DNA from: Trichoplax sp. H2 | Lineage: Eukaryota | Direction: 5' to 3' | Assembly (NCBI GenBank): GCA_003344405.1 | Contig: NOWV01000160.1 | Coordinates: forward strand, 62,001 to 126,000 | Length of the DNA stretch: 64,000 nucleotides | In this document: positions 13,701 through 28,218 of the stretch, in pieces | Layout of the letters: each line of letters begins with the position of its first letter | Position numbering within the stretch: the stretch's first letter is position 1 | Translations under genes and position numbers: made by a program | The notes under the pieces: model-generated | Seen by the model: only the letters and a program-made list of their open reading frames with translations | Told to the model about the DNA's origin: nothing | The model's database searches: none

Positions 13701-16338
13701 ATTTACTTGAAAGAGTCAAAAACTATCTTAAATTGCTTCATTTTCTTCGCCAATTATACAATAATGAGTACATAAATAGTAGTTGAAGAAGGAAAGTTCT
13801 AGCGTATAGCGAATTAATCCTAAAATAGCAATATAGCATTGATTACAGTATACTCTACTTTTGATAATAGCTAAACTACAATTTTAAGAAGTACTGTAAT
13901 TTTCGGATTACCTAGAAATTTAATCATGGTAATAAAACCAAAATAATTTTAACAAAAAGCAATTATTTCACAACAAAAAATAGATTTATAAGACCTAAAA
14001 CTTACCACGCATCGGTCGATTCTAAAATTAAAGCCAGAAGTAACAAACATCGATTTAAAAAGTAAAAATAATGTTATATTTTTTTAATTAATGATTAATA
14101 CATTACTGAAAGACCAAGTAATACTCAGCAGTCATTAAAATAGAGATTGTACAATAAGTACGTAAAATTCATTCAAAGTTTTTAATGAGAAAGAGCAGGT
14201 TTATTCGGTCAGAGGAAGCTGACTTCCCGGAATACTTTTGAATAGCATTGCCATTACCTCGAAAAAGATTGTAAAGAATAGTAAAAAAGCGAAAAAGCTG
14301 AAAATAAAGCGCCTATAACAAATCTATAGCTCATATACGCGCATCTATAATAGAATAGGTAAATAAGATATAATTATGAACAGCTCTTTGTTAAAATTTT
14401 AAAGTATTAAGGCTAAAGGAAAATAAATATTTATATCTTCGTTAAAGTTACTGATACAGCTTATGTTTCAACCTTAAGTTGGAAGTAAAATAAATTTATT
14501 ACATCGCTGTTGAATGAGCCGGATTTATAATCAGCAGCTACATAGTTATAGCTCAAAAGTATCGAATAATTTCAGATTTATCTCTTGCATAATCTCAGGA
14601 GCATAGTTTAGAAACTTTTCACTTATGCATCATTGACAATACAATAGATGAAGAATGCCTGCTTCAAACATTTAAGATTGCTTAACTAGCATTATCATAA
14701 TATTGATATAAAGTTCTCACTCTTTAATTTCAGACAAGCAAGAAATCAGTTAGCCTCTATTAATTCATTAATTGTCAGATGCATAAGAAAACTGACACAG
14801 CTAAATGCAATAACTTGGGATCCAGGATAGATTCTATCTGTGATCATATATTTCAATAGTATAATTATTTTAATGTTATGAAAGGTAAAAATAAATCTTT
14901 AATGACTAGCTTCACAAAAGATAGATTCCACGTCAGGACTTATAATTATCGTTCTCGATAGTTAAAAATATCTTAGATATTCAGTGAGGTGTTTGATTTC
15001 AACTTAAGTATCATTCTGTAGCAATAAAAATCTCTTTATTAGCGCTATTACTTAAATTCGGATGTATTGAAATAGCCGTACTAACATAATATTGATTTCA
15101 TTATAGACATAGAGAAAATAAAGAAAACCATTACTACTCATGTTAATCCTAATGGTACACTTGGCAGATTTCATTTTCAATGAAATTTTTTCCATCGAGC
15201 ATTTCTAATATTATATTAGTTAATATTTGTTGCGATATGTGTTAATCGATACGTTTCTCAACAAAAGTAGAGGGTGCTTTATTTATTCGTTCAAATCAAA
15301 GTTGTGTTTGTCTAGACAAAATCAAGCCTATGCTTTATTTGATTTCATATATGATTACTTGAAGTTCATTAAATAGATGCCTCCATATTACAATTTTGGA
15401 ACATATCAAAAAACTTGCTCATATACTACTCTTAAATATTTACATGGCTAAAGGTTATTCCTTAATTAAATCAGTATGTTAGGTAACAACAATTATAACT
15501 CATCAATTACATAAAATATATATATATTAATCAAACGGCACGGATGTTAAGTAAAGGAATAGCTGACTTTTATTGGGCAAAAATTTTCTTCTTATGCTAT
15601 TATTTTCTAATTAAATACTAAAGACTTTCACCATTAATCACATGAATTTTGCCTTAATATTTGTGGTGATTAAGAGCTACCCTACTGTATTTTCAGAGAC
15701 GTACTTTAAAATTCATAAAAAACTAATTCATGCAAAATTAAGATGCAATAAACATACTTTAAATTAAAAATTTGTTTTATAAACCGTCAACTTATTTATT
15801 CGATATTTAAGTAAAAGCTTTTCCATCATATAGAAAATTTTAGAAGTCTCAGATAATACACTGACTTTTGCTTTTAAGAATACTCGAACCGTGTTTCTTT
15901 TCAGAGATAACCTTTGCAACAGCTATATATAACGCACATTAAAAAGCTAATACATTCAACAATATAGCGCAGAATAGGAGTATGTAATCTCTATTAATCT
16001 CGTAAAATACCTACGACTTTATCTATATCGAATGATGTAGTGGTCATCAATTACTGCACCATTCTTACTCAGGATGCCCATAAAGATATAGTTAGCTTTA
16101 ACAACTGTGGACAATTGCACTTGGACAGTATTTAGGGAATGTTTCAGTTACTTTATACCATTGAGTATGTAAATATAGTTTTGAAGCATCAGCTAACTTA
16201 TTTAGAAGAGCATAAAGAAGAATTTTAAAATTTCGGTCTATAATAAATGTAACCGTCAACAATAATCAGTAACTTAATAGAAGTTGATTCATTGGGCATA
16301 TTGTAGTCAACAAGCTTTTACCGTTGCATAAGAAGAAG

Positions 16339-17184
16339 TGAGATATATACCAATCACGAGATGCCAAATTTTAGAAAAATAAGGGCTTTATTGAATCTTA
16401 TACAAAGATTTACTACACACAGCTCTACTCTAGTCGAATACTACTACTAAAGACTTCTACAACGAACTAACAGAATAATCTAAAGTTGCATGCTTTGATA
16501 CATTCCATTGCATTCGCAGCTACAATCCGCATGGCAACCTTTTACCTTATATTACACATAGTTAAATTATTCTTAGAAAGACTATTCTACTGCGGACCAT
16601 CATTAATCCAATATGGATACGACTACAGTAATTACGTAGGCATTATTCACACCAGCCAAAGTACAATGAATTAACCATATCCTAATATATGACTTACAGT
16701 TCTATTTTTACCGATAGCCTTTGTTATGTTCTTCAATAATAAGTTCACTCCGTGAGTAAGATTGATAACTCCATTTTATTATTAGTTGATCGGTATTTAT
16801 AGCTACACGAGGTTACACCTCGATACGATTACAGTTCATATTTCGCACTACAATTAGTAACTTATCAGTCCGCCTTTTACAATTTTATCACCTACTGTAT
16901 TACAAGTACTACCATACAATCATCATATACGTACATATATAGTGTTTCCTTTATTTATGCCTTTATGGTTAAGATATCGTATTTAATCTATTACTAACTA
17001 TATATACAGCAGCCTTATTAGTAACTCAACGGCTTACTGTATATAGTCATCTGTACTCTAGCATAGAGTCTATATCACTACAGTCTATAGTTATAGCTAC
17101 CAAATATCTCTTAGGATAAATATCTACCGTATTTTATACTAAACAAGGCTAACAGTCTACAATCACAATACTAGCTACATTACA
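16339..17184 (-). mobile_element. Solo LTR, family A, interrupted by a nested element
   Basis: Termini TGAGAT...ATTACA. Perfect 5-bp TSD AGAAG at 16334-16338 and 17185-17189. Aligns to 4535-5086 apart from a 295-bp insertion. Confidence 0.9.
16722..17011 (-). mobile_element. Nested solo LTR, family B (290 bp)
   Basis: Begins TGTTATG and ends TACAGCA; flanked by a 5-bp duplication GCCTT (16717-16721, 17012-17016). The other family A copies lack the insert and have a single site. Minus-strand AATAAA ~50 bp from the end. Confidence 0.8.
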
Positions 17185-17744
17185 AGAAGTAATATCATTC
17201 TTATGATTTTGTTATAAGTCATAGTAACACATATACCGTATTATAGCAGCGCGGGGATATTTATACTACAGTTAGATGACTCTGATTATGGGTTCATTTC
17301 AATAGGTCAGTATAAGATTCTTACAGCGCTTTTTACCTCAAGATTTCTTCATGTAAAACGAATTGCTCTAAGGTAGTCATTTCTACAGAGTACTAATTTT
17401 TGAAATAGTATTCGTTGTATTGCTAAGGGTGGCCACTGGGCCTTTCAATTTTGATTTGATGTAATGCTCTGATGAAAATTGAATAAACATAGAATTTTTA
17501 TAGTGTTTTCTACACAGACATTTTGATAGTTACATTTTCTTATAACGGTTGTTATCGACAAAGCAAGCTTTGCTTGCATCTGCAAGCGATCCTTAGACAC
17601 ATTATCATGATTGGTATAGAATTGGCCACAGTACTAAGGACATTGTACCGCATTGTAGATATCTTATAGTACCTGCTAATCTTAACTTGGTATGTCCATC
17701 ACCGTATATTAGTTATCATAATGCGCTTTGGATTATTAATTAAT

Positions 17745-18312
17745 CTTAATATAGCATGGTACATTACTATTACCGGGATATATATAATATCGAATGATAA
17801 TACTATCTATTAATTCTATTAACAACTTGAGCATAAACGTATATCTGACAGTTTCGCTTACCAACCTTAACATAGCATTAATACTGTATATAGTAACTAC
17901 CTTATTCGGTAAACATACTAATACGAAAGTTACTGAAGGAAATTTGAGTTGGAATAGAAATGAATGATCTCTAGGGTTTATGTAAATATTATTGAGAAGG
18001 TATAAGTGATTGATACACATTAGTAGATACTATAGGTTCTATTGCTCTCATGCATTTTATAGTGTGACTCTACTGTAGTTCCCCTGTCCCGGTTATTTTT
18101 GATTACTATATATCATATAACAAAAAGTATTTCTAAGAGTATAATGTCCGTTAGTCAGCGATCTGATAGGCGAAAGCGAAGTGAACAACGTGGAAATACA
18201 CGGTCAGTACGTACATTAAACCAATCTGTTTTAAATATAGTAGTACCCAGCTATTACCGGGATATATGTTTATAACGTCGAACGGTAATACTATCTGTTA
18301 ATTATTAACAAA
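17745..18312. repeat. Diverged ~80-bp direct repeat pair (~17745-17826 and ~18233-18312)
   Basis: Both copies share AATATAG..GTAC..CTATTACCGGGATATAT..TCGAA..TAATACTATCT.TTAATT.TATTAACAA. Confidence 0.75.
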
Positions 18313-21300
18313 TGGGTACATTATCGTAAACCGTCAGCAAAGCGACGAGAGTTTGGACTAGTATCAACTACATATTCGAAGTGTGAAAGCGTAAGAAGTG
18401 TTGTACTTTGTTTGAAGTAGTATATAGTAACTAGATATCGAAGACAAAGAGCTGGTTATTAGATGTCCACAATTATAATTTTTACTTATCGTTTTATTTT
18501 CTACTTAAAAATTTCGAACTGTTACAGACAATCAAACCCTAATTCCTATACTGTAAATGCTTTACATTTTAAATATCTTCACAATTGTAACTGAAAAGTG
18601 CAGCGCTGTAGGTCAGCACTCCATTCTAGAATTGACTGATTTCGTCTTTTAATATGTCACAATATCAAAGTTATTTTGACGAGGAAATAATATATTTAGC
18701 ATTAAATTGAAGTGATAATAGATATCGCATATTAAGATATCATAATAATTGATATTTTGTATTAAAGTTCAATGATAAATGTAAAATTTACTTTGTTAGA
18801 TGGATAAGGAATTAACTTCAAAATATGAATCTGCATATTACTGCAACTGCACTATTTTAATGAATTTATAAAGGCTATTTTCTTCAGCTCAGCAATAAAC
18901 ATGTTTCTTTAGAAAGTTATCGTATGAATTACATCTGTTCTGTGAAGTTGACGAATTGTTATTTAAAATTTATGTCTAGAATTTAAAAGAAATTTTTTTA
19001 TCAATTTGTAAACATAAACCACTAACTGGACAATATACTATAAAAATATCAAGTAAATTTCAAAATTCTAGACTTAGGGAAAAATAAGCAACGACGATAA
19101 ATTGTGTAATGCTAGGAGCATTAAGAGTAGGAGATAGCTTTTAGGCTAATACAGTATATGTATGACAAGGAGGAGCTGAGCTCCGTAACAACGCATTGAA
19201 AATTTTGAATCTAAATATTCTTATTCTATTTATTAGCAAACAATTATATTCGATAGTCCCTTACTTAGAGCTAAAATGAGTTTAGAATTCGTCATTTATT
19301 TTATAACAAGCTGAGATTGTATAACTGTTAACAATTGCGATATTGGTTGGTCGTTATAATAGGGAGAATTATTAGCACCGGTACTCCTGCTGTTCGCTAT
19401 AATTCACAAATAACCGCTATGATATAAGTTAAGCTGGCGGATTACCCTATTTAGCACTTATAGGATTTCAACAAAAGTCAAGTACAATATAGGACATTTT
19501 GCATATAACTAGACTTTGGATGCTCACTAGTAACGAACCAGACCTCGCCTAGTAAACTCTAAGCTCTGTTAAACGGTATAACTTTGATATTGTAGAGCAG
19601 CCTAAAATAAGCATAAAACTAAGATTAAAGGATTTTACCACAAAAGATAAATTGCACGCTAGATTGTAAGATTTCACAACTGCGTAAATGTATAAGAAGT
19701 TTATAGTACGTATTGCAGCAACTGTATTGAGATACTTATTTTAAGATACTGAGATAATAATAGATTGCGCTCAGTATGTTGGTACTGTGAAATTTGTATT
19801 ATGACGCTTTAATTAGAAGCGCGAATTATAAATTGATAGTGCGATAGTAAATAATTGTATTTAAATGAAAATGATTTCGTAACTAATTCTAAATTAATTA
19901 TGAATTGTAATGTAATCATTTGGATAGTTCAGAGACAGCCATCAGCGGTTAAATAGTCCTCGGTAGTTGTAAAACAAACCTAATCTTAAGGAATAAAGTG
20001 AAGTTTACAAGAAACTATAGTTCATGTTATATTTTTGAGATGACACTTTTTCATAGATAAATACGAGTACAGTATGAATCTTACAGTTAGCGATGCTAAT
20101 AATTGTATGTTCACTGCATTTCTTCTTACATATGAATAGAACCATACTGTTACAAATCTCCTTTGTAACAAGAAGCCGGGTCTTAAACACTATCTTCACT
20201 AGTACTTGTGTTCCCAACTAACTTAGAGACCCGTCGTAGTTGAACTAACTCTGAGCTACACAAAAAAGCTACTATTGAGTAATAGGTTTAAATACTTTAC
20301 TTTATTTTCGTTAACCTTAGTCGTAAAATGTACTAAAGAAAAACGTAAGAATTTTCTTGGAAAAAATAGTCAAGAGATCCTGCAAATGACTAACTGGAAC
20401 TGAGAAGCTAATCTATAGCTCCGCTTTTTGTAGTCTCGCCGATGGTACACTTGTGAATATTCTTGAAATAGTGGCTTGCACTGTACAGTATACATATCCT
20501 AATATAGCAACTAGAGCCTCAAGGCTCTTACACCTAAGGTGTTATTAATTAACGTTTACAGACTAAGCGTGTTAGCTCTGACACGTCGCAATATTTAACT
20601 TTCTGATACCTTGGCAATAACAAGTGCTTATTAATAAACATTAATATCTAATAAGCTACTGGAGCAAACAATAATTTAAATGAGATATATTAATTACCGT
20701 AACAATTAATATTTCGGAGCATGGCACCGTAACACATACATAAAATCATAACAATAACACAAACTATTAATTAAACAACTAGAATCAGCATCAGCTAATA
20801 AAAATTCGTAATTGACATGGCTCACGTCTACAAGACAGTAATCTATTACTAAGTTATTCTTCTCACCAAGGTAATACATAACCAAAACTTTAAGTGAAAT
20901 CTCAGCTAGAAGGTTGTTCTTCAATTACTACTAGAATGCAAATCAAAAATTTTTGAAATCCTTATTGTCTACGAGTTCCTGATACGTACATTGTTTAGCG
21001 CTATTTTCGCCGATGTAATATTATAGTAAGCATGAAAACTATAAATTGCATTTTCAGCCAGCTATAGGCACTGTAATAGCTCACACTATTACCTTAGATT
21101 CTAGATTAGGTTATACGTATTATGAGTCTGAATTTCGGGTCAGCCTCTAATTATAAGCAAAACCCCAATCTCACTTTTCACACAATACGCGACTGTAACA
21201 CTTACTTACACCACCTTAGCAAGAACTCCAGCTGACCGTACCATCATATGCTCACTAATTTATTAGACATACGAACAACTTAGTATCAACTTTAAGGCGA

Positions 21301-22429
21301 CTTAACGCCACTTCTCTACAGACACTTAACATCATAAATATTAATAATCACCTTAGTTAATGTTCCTACAAGAGATTTATCATATGCTTACTAACCCTAA
21401 TATTCATAAAACTATACATACAGTTACTATACAATTAGCAACCAAAAGTTACCTTATTAATCCACTTCTATTTCATGCATAACTGATGTATATCTGGTCT
21501 TATCGAGGGAAAATTAAAACTTCTACATAAAATCTAGCACCGTAAGTTTAGTATCAGGTTTATCCTGCCTTAGGTTTATGGTTATGGCTAAGAAATATCT
21601 GCCTATAACATGGCTAGTGCTCCTGTTCTGACGATCTCCCATCGTCACAAGGCATAGTAATATAAATGATTTCTCTTAAATAAAGCTGAATTTAAACTTT
21701 ATCATAAGGTTAGCTAGTTGTAATAGTCTTATATACTGTATTAGAATAGAAATATCTATGTTAGGATAATTCTTTTAGCTTATCATTATTTACTTAACTT
21801 CTAATTTGGATATACAGTGTTTTAATACAGCACTAGCTTTACGTGACATTGACATATATACATATACTAAAATTAATATTTATATTAGGGAATGCGAATT
21901 ATCTACTTACAGTTCGAATGGTTGTGATTGTAACTTACTTATGGTACATTGTAAATTATCGTGGAAATGTTCTGTGATAGGAAATATCGTAATCTGACTA
22001 TTCTGTATTAGCCATCAGACGTCTATGTTGGCAAATACTGTTGTCTATATTAGGGAGCAGTAGCTAAAATCAATGTCTAACTCAGTGAATGATTCCAAAG
22101 TTAATCATACTGAATGTGACTCATGAGGTACTGAGGAAGAGTATATAAACGCAATATATCGGGTAATATAGTTAATTCTTAAACTTAATATTTAAAAAGA
22201 AATAGAAGGCGTCTAAGTCTTTATGTAGTCTGTTAGTAGGGCAAAAAATGTTCCTGATAGTGCTAATATCGTTCCTTGATACATAGTTCAAAGAATTGAC
22301 TATCGATCGAACATTACGTTATTTTGTTGCTAAGCTGTTTTATGACACCACTTTATAGTGCAATGACAATAATATTATTTATAAGTACTCAGATACTATT
22401 TTTAAAACTACGTACTTATCTATGTCATA

Positions 22430-22900
22430 TGCCAGCTTTATGAAAAATTAACGTAGGGGTCAACTTCCATAAACTCGCAGAAATTTGTACCTTTGCGAAT
22501 TTTACGTTAAGTAAAACTAGAGAACCGATTATCGAGCAACTTGTGAAGCTTATATGCTCTTAAGCAGCTGCTAGCAATGATGAATCATCTTACAACAGTA
22601 CTGATCAATATGGACATCTATTGACTAATTTTAAGCAGTCAGGCTACAGTATACCCGTTAACAGAATCGTTTAGTACACCTACGATCTGCTATTAGTAAT
22701 AATTACAACCGCAAGAGCTTGTACTGTTATCAATTACAATACAAGAATTTCGGTTACAGTGCAACAAATAACTTATTCTAGCCCATCATTTGTAATTTCT
22801 GCTATAATTAATTCATAACGATCCACTGTCACAAATTTCTTTAATAAAATGAATCCTTCTTGTATGATTACCCGTGAAACCTTCGACCGTATTGTAAATC
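22430..22900 (+). mobile_element. Decayed Ty3/Gypsy-like gag-protease relic
   Basis: Frame-broken translations FHKLAEICTFA...REPIIEQ...LKQLLA..LT resemble the retrotransposon gag pattern LxxLAxxCxF...RDQIIE...LLxxxLT. Downstream KFL**NES...MITRETFDRI resembles the aspartic-protease FLxDTGS...I...TF region. Multiple stops and frameshifts. Confidence 0.4.
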
Positions 22901-25900
22901 AGCTATCAAGCATCACTACTTTCACCACCTTGGCGAAGGGCCTTAGTCTACAAGAAGAGTCAGTCTTCAAATTTACTAGGTGATATATAACAAAGCTATC
23001 TTTATTCAATTGTCCCTCACAGTTTAAATTATTTTCCTACCTTTTTAAGTACAAATGTGCTTCCTTATATACTTGTGGCAAACTCCACCTATACAATCTA
23101 TTAATTATTTCATATACCGTAATATAGTCTTTTTCTATATATATGTAATTATATTAATTATTCTACAGCACATATATATGTTCATAAGATCTTATGTGCA
23201 AACTTCAATCCGCTTAGTGCCTAACAGATTGTATAAAAAAGTGGCAACACCATTTTGATTATTACACGTATTTTGCACAGTACTTGATCTAAATCTACAC
23301 AGTCGTTAATAGAAATCCATTATCGGTTGAATATTACAATTTTACCATTTCATTCACAACGGTCTAATTCTAAGTCAATTACATTATCTCATTTACTATC
23401 TTAAACCATAACATCCACATATAAGATTGCTTTTGCAGAATTTAGCCAGCTAATATTTCATGGTAGTTCATACCATAACAATTGAATATGCCAAACGTCA
23501 TAGATAAATTGGTATTAACCCATTCTTAGATAAGTAATTTTATGATAACTATGTTAAGGCAGCTATGTTAATGTTACTCGACAATAATTCCTAATGAGAA
23601 AGAAATATTATAATTTTATTTATTATCTTAATATAATAAAAACAGGTATCTATCTTGTGATCAAAAAGGTTATTAAGTTAGCAAAATTTTACATTCTATT
23701 TTTAATTAAAAGTAGGATGGCTGTATGGTGTTATTTAGGACATAAATCTTACATGAATACAAGGTTACGTATATACAATAGCCAGATAAATTTCTTAGCT
23801 AAACAATTCAGTAATATAACATAACGGTTCTAATAGCAAGAATTTCTAACTTGCTATTCGTAGTAGTTTTATTTAAGCACAATACTAGTCGAAATCAACA
23901 ATTTTGATCTAAGTTCTAGTCATCCTATTACTATCTATAATAGCAATCATTCCGAAATATATTTTGATGCAATAGCTTATCTAAAATAATAATCGAGGTA
24001 AAGTATCATCCATCGAAATTGTCAATAAATATATGAACTTTATTACAGCAAATAGGACCTTTCGGCTATATGTGCGGTAATCCAACAATGTACCAGAATG
24101 CAATTGTGAGTTCTATGTACTACTATATATATGCTATACATCATGAAGTCTTCTTTACTTTATAACTAAGGCAGCAAAGTTTCTTCAGTAACCTCATTTT
24201 TGCAATAAGTGTTATAAATAGCATTATAATTTTTAATAATACAGGTACATGGCTGTATAACAACTGCTAAAATGCTGTTAATGGTTTATATAGTTCTTTT
24301 ATACTTCCTAAATATAACCTTATTAGCTTTCAGAATAGTGAACGTTTCGATATAAATTTTAATTATTAGCCATCATGTTACCGCGATGATGACGTCGATG
24401 CATTTCCATATGACCAGCATTATCATAAACAAGCTACAATTGTTTAATATCGTATGATATAAATAAAACAATTGTAGCTAAACTAGGACAATAACAAAAA
24501 GACATGGATTGTTTTTCTTTGAGGATTGACTTAGCCTTAGGGATAGACGTAACGTAAACAAATAAACCTGTAATTTAATCGATGTTAATATACGAACGTT
24601 ATACTTTTAGGAATAGTACATTCAAGCGACAGGGTACCTCAGAGATTGCAACGGATTAGCAAGATTATGATTATACTGCTATTTGAGAATTCTATTCCAA
24701 AAATAACAATATACCGTAATTGAAAAAGAAGATCAAACTAATCTTGCAGCGCAAAATCTCTAATTTGATCACTATAAATTCATCAGTTTACCACGAATAA
24801 AAACCATGCTACTTTATTATACGCGATGTTGTAGCCTACTGACAACTTTTTTTCTATGATATAGGCTTAGAGAGCCGATTTCTATAATTATTATTGCTAT
24901 CCCTTCGATCTTATTAAGGATAGTCTTTTTATATGCTGTAGTACTAGAATATTTAAGTCCTGATTTCCCTTCATTCAATTTGTTAATTTGTTAAATTGTC
25001 TTTTAATCCGATCGAGGAAAAAGCTTGGGTTCGAAGCTTTTCTGTAATCTCTATTGTTTATTATATTAGGTAAGGCTTTTACTTTGATGCTATCATTGCG
25101 TATGCATAGTTTTACCTATTATTTCTATCTTCATATGTCCATTATCCTCTAAACTTTACTTTCTTACTTTATGAAATGATCTATTTGCAATTAATAGCGA
25201 TTTTTGTAGCTATATCAAGAGCTCCGTATTTTAAATTGTAGACATGCTGAAAATGACTACGACTGTATATATGTATTATTTGAGTCAAGGTGCTTAAAAA
25301 TTGCAGTTAGCACGTAGTAACTGTTTTCTAATTTTTAATAAAGTATATATTTATGATAGTAAATGTAAGCGATAGCAAGAATGTTGAATCGACTACTAAG
25401 CAGAAACGCAATGGACATGTATTCATGCATAGGCAAACCATATATTTGAAATTAGAAGGATTTTGATGGTTGATTGTATATCTGTAGTGCCTTATAAAAG
25501 CTGTAATAACTCATCATTTTTGAATTAGCTATGTAGTGTTTGATATTCAAAAAATGACTAAAATATATCATAAAATTATTGCTTAGTATTATTATAATTT
25601 TACTCCATTATTATATTTCAAAGTAATTCTTTATTTCCTGGTAAGGAAAATATCTAGCTTTTCACCTGATACAGTCTATCATAAAAGTAGAAAATCAAAT
25701 AGCTGCATCATCTAGTTATTAGAATCACATAATACTTAGTTATTGCAATTAATTATTAAAGATGTAGCTAAGTCAATTGTCACTATTAATGCAGAAAGAC
25801 ATTGAAACAGAACGAATAAGTAATTAGCAATAATTAAAAAATTTCTCGCAAAATTGATAGAGGATCCTTTGGCACCCTAAAAAACTCAGGAACTAATGGT

Positions 25901-28218
25901 GTCTTGCATTTTACGATTAATAACTGAACTTTCGAAAAGAAATTTGCATAAACTATGTCTTTGAAGTAATCATCGGATAGTCTTTGATTGTTTCCCAAAA
26001 AAAACATAGCTTTTATGTAACTTCACATGATAATAAGCAATTCTTTTGAGCAACATTAATCATTAAATTAGAAAAGTAGTGCTGCCATGTTCTCAATTTT
26101 TTATGACTGCATCAAACTAGAAACTCAATTTCATGTTATCTATGTTACAATTTAGCTAAAAAATTCATAAATGATTAATTTTGCAACGATGTTTATGATT
26201 TTCGATAGACGTAATTAGCTAAGCAAATTTTGAGTACATTGTATATTAGGGAATAGGAACGGCCAGGACAAAGCTATTTACATACAACACACCCAATAGG
26301 TGTAATCATTATGATATAATGATTTAATTGAAGGTTTATTAATTGTATCATTAATCATAAGAAAGCTATAGAAATTACTATTTACGAAATAGAGTGCGCC
26401 TACTATCGTGCTATCATGGTGGTAGATACTTTAACAGTATCGTAATGTCGGTAAAAATCCGTAATGAAGTGAAATATTTAAAATTATACGACCATAATTA
26501 GTTTGAGAAAATCTTGCAAAAGAGTGATAAATAAGCAATTAAATTAACGAAAATTAGATTTATGATAGTCTATTACCATTACTATGGTAATAATTTAAAT
26601 TATAATGTATAGTAACGGTATGCATATGCGATAGTTTTATCTTCCTTTTCTAGTGGGTTAAGATCATAACTGTACGTTCACCTCTTCAGCATTCATAGAA
26701 TGAGTAGCAATCTGTGAAATGAAAAATGCCCCCATTTCTAGCAAATCTTAATAGCATACCTTTACCATAAAAGATGCCAAAAACTCTTATCAAGTTTTAA
26801 AATGCTACAAAATGATTGAAATCTATATTAAATAGTAAAAATATTGATCGAAAACTTCTTTGATTAATTATAGTCAACACGAATTAGGATTTACTGGTTT
26901 TATTTTGACTAATACTTTACGAGCACTAGCAAAGTATATTTTCTTACAACCTTTTATAGTCTTTAAATATAGTGTATAAGGTACAATTGTAATTATAATC
27001 GAGATTCTGATAAATTTACCAACTATTCAACTAAAATCAAGCAATTTGTATAGTAGTAGAGAAGCTATGACATAGAATAAACATCTACCTTTAGCTGAAC
27101 TTGGACTATTATTTTAACTTGATCATTATCAACAGTACTGGTTGTTTATGACATCGAAATAAACTCATGTTCTCAAATGATTACCCATTTCTAGCTGCTT
27201 CCAAATTCTTTTTATAAGGCTGGGTAGATTGAAGATCACAATATGAATTTTATATCAAAATGAATGGCGTTAGCTTATTCGCGATAACCTAATAATTAAT
27301 CTAATTAAACTAATTGCTAGCTTGGATCGTAAATATTTAATGAATAGAATATGCGCGATTAACATCTTAGATACATCCAATTACAACAATAATCTTAGAA
27401 TTCGATGACCTAAAGCAACGCCATAATTTGAACTATGAAACAAGATACTCTCATGTATTTCACAAGTACATGTATATATATTTGCATGACATAATAGTGA
27501 AGTTCTTTGATTACCTTAAAGTCTGGCCTAGAACACTTTGGATTGCAATAAAATATAGTTTTCGAATGCATCAGAAATGTGCGACAACAGAACAGAAATA
27601 AAATCTTACTGGAAGTTGATGCCGTATACAAAGGCAAAAGTTTTAAAGAATATGATCAAGCCATAGCAGTAATGAGCCAATCATGATTAAATATTATACG
27701 AAAAGGCAATACCATGAAAAATTGTAGTGCTTAAGTATACTGTATTTGCAATCATATTACAAAATTAAAGTTATCCGAAGGTAGCTGCATAATACATGGA
27801 TGAAGGTTAAAGCAGTAAGATTTTACTCATGCAATCATAAATACAAGTAAATTGAAGTAGGAAAATTACAGTTGATAAATTGACCACGTCTTAGAATAAT
27901 CTAAAATATATACGGTGGAATATTTTAATGCGAAAAAGCATCCTCAAGAAGTATAGCTAGTAAAGACAGGCACTTTCTAGGTCATGACACCTTTTGCTGC
28001 GATTACGAAATCTTAACGGACAATGATAGAAATTTACTGCACCATGAAAAATGTCTTGACTTTGCTATTTTGTTTATTCATGACCCTTATTCCGGTTAAT
28101 ACTAACAAAGGAGTTAAAAGTTCACAGAACGATGATTCCAATAATAATAACGTAATGCTTTTAATACGATTTTTGAATTATTGAGAGTCAATATATCGCA
28201 TCTTTGTATAATAATGTA

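Noticed and set aside
4535-17184. One 12.6-kb full-length LTR retrotransposon that captured a GPCR
   Set aside because: Each LTR has its own distinct TSD on both sides, and no intact gag/pol lies between them.
21072-21433. TG...CA-bounded strand-biased segment as a solo LTR (similar case at ~31847-32088)
   Set aside because: No convincing TSD and no second copy in the window.
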